Assembly: GCA_963750935.1 (NCBI GenBank)
Contig: CAVVSR010000004.1
Span: forward strand, 148,902 to 212,901
Direction: 5' to 3'
DNA length: 64,000 bases
From: an uncultured Acidobacteriota bacterium
GTDB lineage: Bacteria; Acidobacteriota; Vicinamibacteria; Vicinamibacterales; 2-12-FULL-66-21
Positions within the stretch are counted from its first letter, which is position 1. Each line of letters begins with the position of its first letter. This document shows positions 9,796 through 19,410 of this stretch, one piece after another. The notes below the pieces were generated by a model. The model was not told the origin of the DNA. It searched no databases and saw only the letters and a program-made list of their open reading frames with translations. Both the position numbers and the translations under genes were made by a program.

Positions 9796-11432
9796 ACGGC
9801 GCCGTCGCCGACAGGCTGCGATCGCACGGCCTGGCGATCGGCTTGTTCGTGCTGCTGTCGGTGATCCACACCTGGCCGCTCGCCACCAATCCGGCGGTGC
9901 TGTCGAGAAACGACAACGGCGACACGATGTTGAACGAGTGGATCATCGCCTGGGTGGTCCACCAGCTGCCCCGCGATCCACTCCACCTGTTCGCGTCGAA
10001 CATCTTCTATCCGGCCAGGGACACCCTCGCCTTCTCGGAGCCCCTGATCGTCCCGGCCGTGCTGGGGGCGCCGGTGCTGTGGCTCGGCGGCTCGCCGGTG
10101 CTCGCGTACAACCTGCTGCTGCTCGCCGGGTTCACGCTGACCGCACTGGCCGCCTACGCCGTGGTGTATTCGTGGACCGGCGACCGGCTCGCGGGGGTGG
10201 TCGCCGGATCGCTCTTCGCCTTCAACACCCACACCCTCACCAGGCTCGCGCACATCCAGGGCATTCATGTCTACGGCCTGCCGCTGACGCTGCTGTTCGC
10301 GGATCGCCTGATCACGCAGCCCGGGATCCGCCCGGCACTGCTGCTGGCCGGATCGATGGCGGTCATGGCCTACTCGTCCGGCTACCTGCTGGTGTTCGGC
10401 ACCGTGATGATCGCGATCGTGCTGCTCGCGCGGGTCGCCGACTGGCGCCGGAACGCCGGCCGCGTCGTCGCCGCCTTCGCACTGGCGACCGTGGCCACCG
10501 TCATCGTCGTGCTGCCGATTGCCGTGCCCTACCGCCGGGTCGCCGCCGAACAGGGGATGGTGCGCTCGATCGAGGCCGTGCGCGAGTACTCGGCGACGCT
10601 GCCCGGGTATCTGGCGGCAGCGGGCCGCATTCACTTCCACACCTGGAGCGCACGCTTCTTCGAGAACCCGGTGGATTCGTTCTTCCCGGGGTTCGTGGCG
10701 ATCGCGCTGACGCTGGTGGCGATCTGGGCAGCCATTCGCGGCCGGGTGTCGCGCGGCCGGGTGTTCATGCTCGTGGCGATCGGCGCGATCGGCTTCCTGC
10801 TGTCGCTCGGCCTGCAAACGCCGCTCTACGCGATCGTCTACAAGCTGCTGCCGCCCATGGCCGGCCTCCGCGCCGCCGCCCGGTTCGGCAACCTGTTCCT
10901 GCTGGCGATGGCGCTGCTGGCGGGACTGGGGCTGGCGGCGCTGCGCCAGTCGGACGCGGCCCGTCGAGCGGCCACCGCTCTCGCGGTCGCGGCCATCACG
11001 CTGGTGAACGTCGAGGCGCTTCGGGCGCCGTTCGAGTTCCGGCGGTTCGAGGGGATTCCGCGCGTCTACGACGTCCTCGCGCGCGAGACCGGACCGGTCG
11101 TGCTCGCGGAAACGCCGTTCTATCCGCCGCACGCCGTCTTCGAGAACGCCGAGTACGTGCTGAACTCGACGACCCACTGGCGGCCGCTGATGAACGGCTA
11201 CAGCGGTTACGTCCCCGAATCCTACGCGCGTGTCGCCTGGACCTTCTGGTACTTTCCGGAGGAGCATGCGATCAAGGCGATGCGGGACGCCGGCGTCACG
11301 CACTTCACCGTGCATCCGCAGCGCTTTGGCCACGAAGCGGCCGAGACCATCGCGCTGCTGGCGCGGCGTCCCGACATCGAGCTCCTGGCGATCGGCGCCG
11401 GCCGGGGCACGCGCCTCTACAAGTTCCGCTGA
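9792..11432 (+). CDS. Polytopic membrane protein with a soluble C-terminal domain (GT-C glycosyltransferase-like architecture; function unknown)
   Basis: 546 aa. The start overlaps the udk stop (ATGA). Many TM helices are followed by a non-hydrophobic tail of about 150 aa. GC3-rich codon usage. No family assigned with confidence. Confidence 0.75.
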   Translation: MNGAVADRLRSHGLAIGLFVLLSVIHTWPLATNPAVLSRNDNGDTMLNEWIIAWVVHQLPRDPLHLFASNIFYPARDTLAFSEPLIVPAVLGAPVLWLGGSPVLAYNLLLLAGFTLTALAAYAVVYSWTGDRLAGVVAGSLFAFNTHTLTRLAHIQGIHVYGLPLTLLFADRLITQPGIRPALLLAGSMAVMAYSSGYLLVFGTVMIAIVLLARVADWRRNAGRVVAAFALATVATVIVVLPIAVPYRRVAAEQGMVRSIEAVREYSATLPGYLAAAGRIHFHTWSARFFENPVDSFFPGFVAIALTLVAIWAAIRGRVSRGRVFMLVAIGAIGFLLSLGLQTPLYAIVYKLLPPMAGLRAAARFGNLFLLAMALLAGLGLAALRQSDAARRAATALAVAAITLVNVEALRAPFEFRRFEGIPRVYDVLARETGPVVLAETPFYPPHAVFENAEYVLNSTTHWRPLMNGYSGYVPESYARVAWTFWYFPEEHAIKAMRDAGVTHFTVHPQRFGHEAAETIALLARRPDIELLAIGAGRGTRLYKFR

Positions 11433-11468
11433 GTCACGCGGCCGCGTGAACCACTCGCTGGAGATCCC

Positions 11469-11900
11469 ATGAACGTGCGTATCCGCCGCATCCGAGCTGA
11501 CGTCCCTCTCCCCCGCTACGAAACCGACGACGCGGCGGCTTTCGACCTCGCCGCCGCCGAGGAGCGCACCGTGCCGCCCGGAGGTGTCGCGCTGGTGCCG
11601 ACCGGGCTGGTCGTCGAGGTGCCGCGCGGGATGTTTCTCGGCATCTTCGCGCGAAGCAGCACGCCACTGAAGAAGGGGCTGATGGTCGCGAACGGCGTCG
11701 GCGTGGTCGATCCCGATTACTGCGGGCCGGACGACGAGATCAAGATCGCGGTCATGAACTTCACGACCGCGGCCGTCACCGTCCAGCGCGGCGACCGCAT
11801 CGCCCAGGGCATGTTCCTGGCGGTGCCGCGGGTCTCGTGGGAAGAGGCGGCCGAGCTGCGCGACGCGTCGCGTGGCGGCTTCGGCGCGACCGGACAGTGA
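11469..11900 (+). CDS. dut: dUTP diphosphatase
   Basis: GVGVVDPDYCGPDDEI, DRIAQ and a C-terminal SRGGFGATG motif. 143 aa. Confidence 0.93.
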   Translation: MNVRIRRIRADVPLPRYETDDAAAFDLAAAEERTVPPGGVALVPTGLVVEVPRGMFLGIFARSSTPLKKGLMVANGVGVVDPDYCGPDDEIKIAVMNFTTAAVTVQRGDRIAQGMFLAVPRVSWEEAAELRDASRGGFGATGQ

Positions 11901-11910
11901 CCGGGCATCG

Positions 11911-12354
11911 ATGAACGTCTACCTGGCGTGCACCGTCCGCGGCGATCGCAGCGCACTCGCCGTCGTGCGCGAGCTCGCGGACACGATCGAGCGGCTCGGC
12001 CACACGGTGATCACCCGGCACCTCCTCGCAGACGATGCGGACGGCGAGGAAGGCCGGCTCACCGAGCGGGATGTCTTCGAACGCGACATGCGATGGCTCG
12101 AGTCCGCCGACCTCCTGATCGCGGAGGCCTCGGGCTCCAGCTACGGCGTCGGCTACGAGGTCGGCTACGTCATCGGGCGCGCGGACGTCACCGGCCAGCG
12201 GGTGCTGCTGCTCTACGACGCGAGCCGGCGAAATCGGGTCTCCCGGCTCATCGCCGGCAACACCCACCCGGCGTGCACGACGTATCCGTATCGCGACGCC
12301 GCGGACCTGCTGCGTTTCGTCGAGGTCTATCTCACGCCCCGGCCGGCCTGCTAG
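11911..12354 (+). CDS. DNPH1/Rcl-like 2'-deoxynucleoside 5'-phosphate N-hydrolase (nucleoside 2-deoxyribosyltransferase fold)
   Basis: Inside track ORF 11872..12354, starting at ATG 11911. VYLACTVRGDR ... LIAEASGSSYGVGYEVG closely parallels the DNPH1 catalytic segment VVAEVTQPSLGVGYELG. Confidence 0.75.
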   Translation: MNVYLACTVRGDRSALAVVRELADTIERLGHTVITRHLLADDADGEEGRLTERDVFERDMRWLESADLLIAEASGSSYGVGYEVGYVIGRADVTGQRVLLLYDASRRNRVSRLIAGNTHPACTTYPYRDAADLLRFVEVYLTPRPAC

Positions 12355-12574
12355 GCGGGCAACATTTCCTGATCGCGCTTGGGGCCCCACCCCAAGCGCC
12401 GGTCTGTCGCCTCCGGGCCGGTTGCTGCTGACCACACACGCGAGCGGGCAAGGTGTGACGGGCCCCACCCCGCCCGCCACAAAAAATGCTGACCGACTGC
12501 TCGACCGACCCCGATGGTCAACGCCGCTCCGGATCTCACGTATAGTGTCCAGTGCCAACGCCTCTGGAGAGCCT

Positions 12575-14562
12575 ATGCGCCGCGTCCTGCTCTTTTTCTG
12601 CGCTGATCGTGGCCGCTGCCGGCCTGCTCGTATCCGGCCAGGAGCAGAAGCCCGAGCCGCAGCGGCCCACGTTCAGGACCGGCGCGCACTACGTCCGCGT
12701 GGATGCCTATCCCACGCGCGACGGCAAGCCGATCCTCGGGCTCACCGCCACTGACTTCGAGCTGCTGGAGGACGGCAAGCCCCAGACCATCGACGCGCTC
12801 GAGTTCATCGACCACCCGGAGTTCACGCCGCTCAACGAGCGCCGCGACCCCAACTCGCAGCGCGACGCGTTCGAGCTGGCGCGCGACCCGAAGTACCGCG
12901 TCTTCGTCCTCTACCTCAACGCGTTCAACGTCGATTTCGGCGGCTCCCACCGCACCCGCGTGCCGATCACCGAGCTGCTCAACCGCATGATGGGGCCGCA
13001 GGACCTCTTCGGCCTGCTCACGCCGATGCAGAGGCCGAAGGACCTGATCCTCGGCCAGCAGACGCTGGTGATCCAGGAACAGCTCGAGAAGCTGCCCTTC
13101 TGGGGACTCGAGGGCCGGATTGAGCCGCAGCCCGGCGAAGCTCGAGCTGGAGGCCGCCTATCCCAACGAAGCCAAGCGGCTGGTGGCCCTGCGGCGTCTC
13201 GACAAGGTCTATTCCGATCTCGAGGGCCTCGTGGAGATGCTCGGGGAGCTGCGCGAAGAGCGGAAGAACATCATCTTCTTCTCGGACTCGCTGTACTCGC
13301 CGCCTGCCGAGTTCCGCGACATCGCCATGGATTCGACGCGCGGCGGCGGCCGGCCGCCCGGAGTCGGCGTCAACGACAAGGGCACGCTGACCATGGGCAG
13401 CCGGAACGCCGGGGACCCCGATCGACTCGCGATGAGCCAGGAGCGCGCCAGGCTGCTGGGCATGAACTACGAGCAGCGTTTCCGCGATCTGCTCCGTCGC
13501 TCCCGTCAGGCCAACGTCTCCTTCTATACGGTCCGCCCCGGCGGCCTCGACGCCGCGTCGAGCATGCTGAACGACGGCACCTCCAACCTCGCCGTGCTGG
13601 CGGAACAGACCGACGGCGTGTCGGTCCTGCAGACGAACGACCTGCGGGCCGGCCTGGGCAAGGTCGCCGACGATCTCTCGTCGCACTACGTGCTCGGCTA
13701 CTACACCAGCAACACGCGGTGGGACGGCCAGGCGCGCAAGCTCACCGTTCGTCTCAAGGCCACACGGCAGAACATCCGCGCGAGGCGCGAATACCGGGCG
13801 CCCACGGAAGAGGAGATGGCGTCGATCCGCAATGCCCGGACCGCGGCGTCGGCGCCCGCAGCGCCGCCGGCGCCGGAGAAGATGGCGTTGAGCGCGCTGT
13901 CGCGGATCAGCCCGTCGTCGCGTGCGCAGGCGTACGGCATCGCGCAGGGTCCGAACCTCGCCATCGTCGCCGAGCTGTCGGCCGCCGAGATCGAGTCAGG
14001 GCGATGGAAGCAGGGGGCGGAGGTCGAGATTCTCCTGACGCCGAAGAGCGGCGCCGCCACCACCGTGGCCGGCCGCATCGATCCGGGATACCGTGGCGCG
14101 GTCATTCGCGTGCCGGTCGGCGCAGATGCCGGGCCGTGGCAGGCGGTGGTGAAGGTGCGCGGCGGCGTCGATCAGATCAGCGACTCCGACACCATTGCGA
14201 TTGCGCGCCCGGAGGGACCGATTCTCGGAAAGCCGCTCGCCTATCGTGCGGCGTCCGCCGCGGCGTCGGCTTACCGGCCGCTGGCCATCTTCGCGTTCAG
14301 GCGGACGGAGCGCCTCCGGCTCGAATGGCCCGTCCTGCAGCCGCTCACGTCGCACCAGGCGCGGCTCCTCGATCGCAACGGCAACCCGATCGCCGTGCCG
14401 GTCCCGACCACCGTGCAGGATGTCGACGGCGGCTCGGTGATCACCGCCAACCTCAATCTCGCGCCGCTCTACATCGGCGACTACGTGATCGAGATCACGG
14501 CCAAGGCCGGCGACAAGACCGACCTGCAGATGATCGCGATCCGCGTGTCCAACGCGCGGTGA
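12575..14562 (+). CDS. VWA-domain protein of the acidobacterial TIGR03436 type, exported. One or two frame breaks.
   Basis: Track ORFs 12552..14600 (real to about 13110) and 13120..14562. Recognisable segments: RTGAHYVRVDAYPTRDGKPILGLTATDFELLEDGKPQ, IIFFSDSLY, VSFYTVRPGGLD, HYVLGYYTSN. ATG 12575 has GGAGAG upstream, but that frame is lost in a T5 run at 12593-12597. Confidence 0.8.
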
Positions 14563-14668
14563 CGCCGCGCGCATCCGCGATCGCAGCGTATCTGTATTAG
14601 CGGCCGCCGACTTCGCGAGACTTCGTGGCTTCCGTCTTCAGGCGGTAATGGGTCAGTTTGAAGGAACG

Positions 14669-14869
14669 CTACTTGCGCGTCACAGCCAGCCAGAGCGTGC
14701 GCGCCAAACGGCTCTCCACGCGTATCCGCTGCACACCCAGAACGACAGCCAGAGGGAAGAGGACCACGAGGACGAACCCGATCAAGGCCCAATTGGGGAC
14801 CGAGAATGGCCCCAACCACATGAGCATCGCCGCGAGAACTGCGCCCACGATGATGATTCGGGTGACCAT
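14669..14869 (-). CDS. Small two-TM membrane protein (66 aa), function unknown
   Basis: Within track ORF 14669..14920. ATG 14869 is preceded by GGAGGG at 6-nt spacing. MVTRIIIVGAVLAAMLMWLG...FVLVVLFPLAVVLGV gives two hydrophobic helices. GC3-rich codons despite the lower-GC surroundings. Confidence 0.6.
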   Translation of the reverse strand: MVTRIIIVGAVLAAMLMWLGPFSVPNWALIGFVLVVLFPLAVVLGVQRIRVESRLARTLWLAVTRK

Positions 14870-14915
14870 CTCAAGCCCTCCGGTTAGCCGTGTAGACCTA
14901 TAGGTTAACCCGGCA

Positions 14916-14943
14916 ATCACCGATCACCGGTCACCGATCCCGA
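14916..14943 (+). repeat. Tandem heptamer array (RTCACCG)x3-4
   Basis: atcaccg atcaccg gtcaccg atcccga read directly. It lies upstream of the small membrane protein gene. Confidence 0.8.
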
Positions 14944-14959
14944 CTCTTCACGACTCCCA

Positions 14960-15042
14960 AAACCAGAAACTCCCAACTCCCAACCTCCGACTCCCCAACG
15001 AGGAGCGAGAGATTGGAAGTTGGGAGTTGGGAATTGGGAGTT
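14960..15042 (-). terminator. Long imperfect hairpin formed by inverted heptamer arrays (CTCCCAA)n / (TTGGGAG)4. Likely the intrinsic terminator of the S9 peptidase gene.
   Basis: The left array (14970-14997) and the right array (15013-15042: ttggaag ttgggag ttgggaa ttgggag) are reverse complements. On the minus-strand RNA the hairpin is followed by UUUCUGGUUUU. It starts 7 nt after the stop at 15049. Confidence 0.55.
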
Positions 15043-15048
15043 ACCGAC

Positions 15049-18000
15049 TTACCGCGACGCCGAGTCGGTGGTCGCCTTCGCTTCCTTCGGCTTGAACATC
15101 TGCGTCACGTCGCGCTTGCCGCGCTCCAGGAACGGCACGCCCTTCTCCATCCACTCCGGCTTCGGCCTGCCGAGCAGGTAATGGTCGAAGAACTCGTCCT
15201 GGTGGACGGTCCAGTGCTTCATGTTGTCGCGGTTGCGGAGGCCGTGCGGCTCGCCGTTGTAGACGAACATGTAGCCTTCCTTGCCGAGCCGGCGCAGCGC
15301 GCTGAAGAACTCGATGCCCTGATACCACGGCACCGCGTCGTCTTCGTCGTTGTGGATGCTCAGGTACGGCGTCTTCACCTTCTCGACCCAGAAGATCGGC
15401 GAGTTCTCGATGAACTGCAGCGGCGCGTCCCATGGCGGCGCGCCGATGCGGCTCTGGGTCTTCTGGTACTGGAACGCGCGGGACATGCCGGTGCCCCACC
15501 GGATGCCGCCGTAGGCGCTGATCATGTTCGACACCGAGGCGCCGGCCTGCACCGCGGCGAACATGTTGGTGCGGGTGATCAGGTGCGTGATCTGGTAGCC
15601 GCCCCACGAGTGGCCCTGGATGCCGATCCGCTTCGGGTCGATGTAGCCCTTCGCGACGATCTCGCTGACCGCCGGGATCACGCACTTCTCGGCGCTCTCG
15701 CCCGGATAGCCGGTGTCGTAGACGATGTCGGGCATGAGCACGACGTAGCCGTTGCTGACGTAGCGCGTGATGTTGATGCTGGTGCCCGGGTTGGGCGCGC
15801 GGTAGCTGTGCAGCCCTTCCGACAGCTCTTCGTAGATGTAGACCATCAGCGGGTACTTCTTCGCCGGATCGAAGTTGTCGGGCTTGGCCAGGATCGCGCG
15901 CAGCTCCTTGCCGTCGGCGTTGCGGTACTTGATCAGCTCGGTCTTGCCCCAGACGTAGTCCGCCTGCTGCGGGTTGGCGTTCGACACCTTCTTCATGTCG
16001 CGGAAGCTGGTGTCGGTCACCCAGAGATCCGGGAACTCGTCGAAGCGGGACACGGTGACGACCAGGCGGTCGGCATTCTTCGCCTTCGTGATCTGTCCGA
16101 ACGCCTTCGGCAGCATCACGATCTTCTCGGGCGCGGCGCTGCCGTTCAGCGCAACGCGATAGAAGCCGCTGTCTTCGGAGCGGTCCTCGTTGGCCGAGAG
16201 CAGGAGCGGGCGATCGCCCGGGATGGTGCGCTGCTCGGGATCGAGCGAGCGATAGCGGAAGACGATCTGCTGCTTGCGCCCGTCGCCGTTGGTGACCATG
16301 CGCGCGCCGCTGCCGTCGGGACGCACCTCCCAGATGTCGTACTTGTCGTAGAGCAGGACCGAACGATCGTCGGCGGTCCAGCCCGCGGTGCCATAGGCCG
16401 GCGGCAGGCTCGGCGAGTCGTGATCCTCACGCCAGAAGTTGAGGCCGAGCTTTTCGGTCAGGTTGACGCGCACGCCGTCGGAGACGCGGTAGGTGAACCA
16501 GTCGTTCTGCGCCTCGTCGAAATAGAGCACGTACTTGCCGCCGGGCGACAACGACTGCGGCGAACCCGAGCGGAAGTGCTCGGCGATCTTCTTGCGCTGC
16601 CCGCTCTTCAGATCCACCAGGTACGAGTCGCCATAGCTCGAGTCCCATGACACTTCCTGGCGGTACGGCAGATCGTCGGTGCCGAGCGACGCGCGACGGA
16701 TCCTCGCCCGGGTTCACGGTCGGCAGCTCCGGCGTCGCCAGCTGCACGAGCCGCTTGTCCGACAGGTGGACGACGGCGCGGTAGCTGCGGCTGCGCTCCT
16801 GCTGCGCGCGGACGCGCTGCATCGGCTGCAGCAGCGGATCCTTCCAGTGCCAGAGATCGACCTGCCGCGGCTCGGGCGCGCCGTCGGCCGCCGGCGGCGG
16901 TGGCGGCGGGGCGGTGCCGAGGAACAGCCGCTCGCCGTCCTCGGAGAAGCGCGGCGCCCCCTGATCGCTGACGACCATGCCGGCCGCGATCCCGCGGGTG
17001 CTCGCCGACACCAGCTCGGTCGCGGCGGTGTCGCCGGTCTTCCAGTGATAGAGGCGATAGGGCGCGACGTCCTTGTCGTACTCCGCCTGATCGCTGAGGA
17101 ACGCAAGCTGGCGGCCCTGCTCGTCGAACGTGAAGCTCTTGTAGTTGCCGCGGCCCTTGTGCAGCGGACGCACGGCCCCGTCGCTCATCTGCCGGGCGAA
17201 CGCGCCGTCCTCTTCGGCCTTGGGCGACGAGACGCCGTAGGCGATCCAGGCGCCGTCGCGATTCCACGCGAAGTCGGTCACGAGCGGAATCACGACCTCC
17301 TGGCCGTTCGAGAGATTCCGCAGGATCAGGTCGTTGCCTGGATCCTTGCGCCGGCCGCGCGGCGTGTTGGCGGCCTCGCGTCCTTCGGCTTCGGCCGGCT
17401 GGCCCTGCTGTCCGCCTCGGCCCGCGGCCTGGGTCGGCTGCGTCGCCGGTGTGGTGGCCGTCGGCGATGCAGGCGATGTGGGTGATGTCGCGCCGGGCGT
17501 ATTGGCCGCCGGAGTCGAGGGCGGCGGAGCCGGAGGACCACCGCCGCGGCCGCCGCGGCCGCCGCGGCCGGCGCCACCGGCGCGGCCGGTGCCGCGATGC
17601 AGCGCGACCCACGTCGAGGACTCCTCGGCGAGGCTGATCGCGCCGATCCGCTCGACCGTGGCGACCTGTCCCGAGGCGAGGGTCATGATGCCGGCGGAGT
17701 TGCGCGGCTGATTGCGCTGGGCTTCGGCTGATCCTTCTCCGCGGCCCTGCCCTTCGCCGCGGCCCTGGCCGCGGGCGCCGGCGCGCCGCTCCTGTTCACG
17801 CTGGCGCTCCTCGTCGGCCTTGGTCGGCACGATGCTGAAGACCAGGAACTTGCCGTCGGCGGTGAATTCCGGACTGGTCCCGCGCGGATGCCGGTGCTCC
17901 TGCCCCGACTGCAGGTTCCTGACGATCAGCTCGCCGTCCACGCCCTGCGCGGTGACCGCATAGGCCAGCCATTGCCCATCGCGCGACAGCGTCGTGCCCT

Positions 18001-18145
18001 GGATCGATCGCCAGGCGTCGAACACGTCGTAGGCCAGCGGACGCTTCGCCGCCTGCCCGCGCAGGTCGATCGAGAGCGTCGGCAGCGCCAGGACGAAGAC
18101 CGCACAACACGCCAGGAGAGCACGGCGCTGGAGTCGAGCACGCAT
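15049..18145 (-). CDS. S9 family serine peptidase (prolyl oligopeptidase/acylaminoacyl-peptidase type) with an N-terminal beta-propeller. One frame break.
   Basis: Track ORFs 16427..18148 (N-terminal part) and 15049..16653 (C-terminal part) join at about 16690 (DPSRV | LGTDDLPYRQEVSWDSSYG). Catalytic motifs: GIQGHSWGGY, NDEDDAVP, GEPHGL. ATG 18145 is preceded by GAGGTGG. Signal peptide present. Confidence 0.85.
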
Positions 18146-18217
18146 CAATCCACCTCTTTCCGGGAACGGAGCCGATACCGCCGAAGGCGAATATTATGAC
18201 GCCGAAGGGAGCGTGAT

Positions 18218-19363
18218 GTGCGCAGCAACGTCGGACTGGCCGTGCTCATGATCGCCGCGGCCGGCCTCGCACTCGGCGGCCAGGAGCGGCCGCGCGCGCG
18301 GGACCTCGGGATCGCCCCCGGCCTGGGACAGCCCGGCTCGCACAATGCCATCACCGACGTGGCCGGTGTCCGCGTCGGCCACGTCACCGTCGTCTCCGGC
18401 GATGCCGTGCGCACCGGCGTCACCGCGGTGCTGCCGCACGAGGGCAATCTGTTTCGCGACAAGGTCCCGGGCGCGGTGTTCGTCGGCAATGCCTTCGGCA
18501 AGCTGGCGGGTTCGACGCAGGTGCGCGAGCTCGGCACGATCGAGTCGCCGATCGTGCTCACCAGCACGCTGTCGGTCGGCACCGCGCTCGACGCGACGGT
18601 GCGCTGGACCCTCGCCCAGCCCGGCAACGAGAGCGTGCGATCGGTCAACGCGCTCGTCGGCGAAACCAACGACGGCGGCCTCAACGACATCCGCGGCCTG
18701 CACGTCACGCGCGAGCACGTCACCGCCGCCATCACCGGCGCGCGGACCGGCGCGGTCGACGAGGGCGCCGTCGGCGCCGGCACCGGCACGATCGCCTTCG
18801 GCTGGAAAGGCGGCATCGGCACATCGTCCCGGCGCGTGCGCGAGCAGCAGCACGACTGGACGGTCGGCGTGCTGGTGCAGACCAACTACGGCGGCCGGCT
18901 GACGATCGCGGGGGTGCCGGTGTGGAAGGAGCTGTCGCCGTCGCGGACCGCGGCGTCGTCGAGCCCGAGCCGACTGCAGTCTAGCGGCAGCGCAGATGGC
19001 GGATCCTGCATGATCGTCGTCGCCACCGATGCCCCGCTCGACGCGCGCGATCTCGAGCGGCTGGCGGCACGCGCGATCTACGCGATGGCGCGGACCGGCT
19101 CGACCTACTCGAACGGCAGCGGCGATTTCGCGATCGCGTTCTCGACGCATCCGTCGCTGCGCGTCACCCCCGCGCCCGGCCCGCAGCCACGGACCGTGCT
19201 GCCCACCGACAGCGTCTCGGGACTGTTCGAGGCGGTCATGGACGCCACCGAGGAGGCCATCTACAACTCGCTGCTCAAGGCCGTCGACACCACCGGCAAC
19301 GGCCGCACCGTGCGGGCGCTGCCGATCGAGCCGCTGAAAGCGCTCCTGAAGAAGCGGCTATAA
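18218..19363 (+). CDS. DmpA/BapA-type aminopeptidase (peptidase S58 / P1 family), exported
   Basis: 381 aa with a signal peptide. NAITDVAGVRVGH, LVGETNDG, GAVGAGTGT (autoprocessing/nucleophile region), MIVVATDAPL. Confidence 0.88.
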   Translation: MRSNVGLAVLMIAAAGLALGGQERPRARDLGIAPGLGQPGSHNAITDVAGVRVGHVTVVSGDAVRTGVTAVLPHEGNLFRDKVPGAVFVGNAFGKLAGSTQVRELGTIESPIVLTSTLSVGTALDATVRWTLAQPGNESVRSVNALVGETNDGGLNDIRGLHVTREHVTAAITGARTGAVDEGAVGAGTGTIAFGWKGGIGTSSRRVREQQHDWTVGVLVQTNYGGRLTIAGVPVWKELSPSRTAASSSPSRLQSSGSADGGSCMIVVATDAPLDARDLERLAARAIYAMARTGSTYSNGSGDFAIAFSTHPSLRVTPAPGPQPRTVLPTDSVSGLFEAVMDATEEAIYNSLLKAVDTTGNGRTVRALPIEPLKALLKKRL

Positions 19364-19410
19364 TCGCCGCGCAACGCTTGGTGAAGCCTTCCCTTCCTGG
19401 AGTTCTGCGC

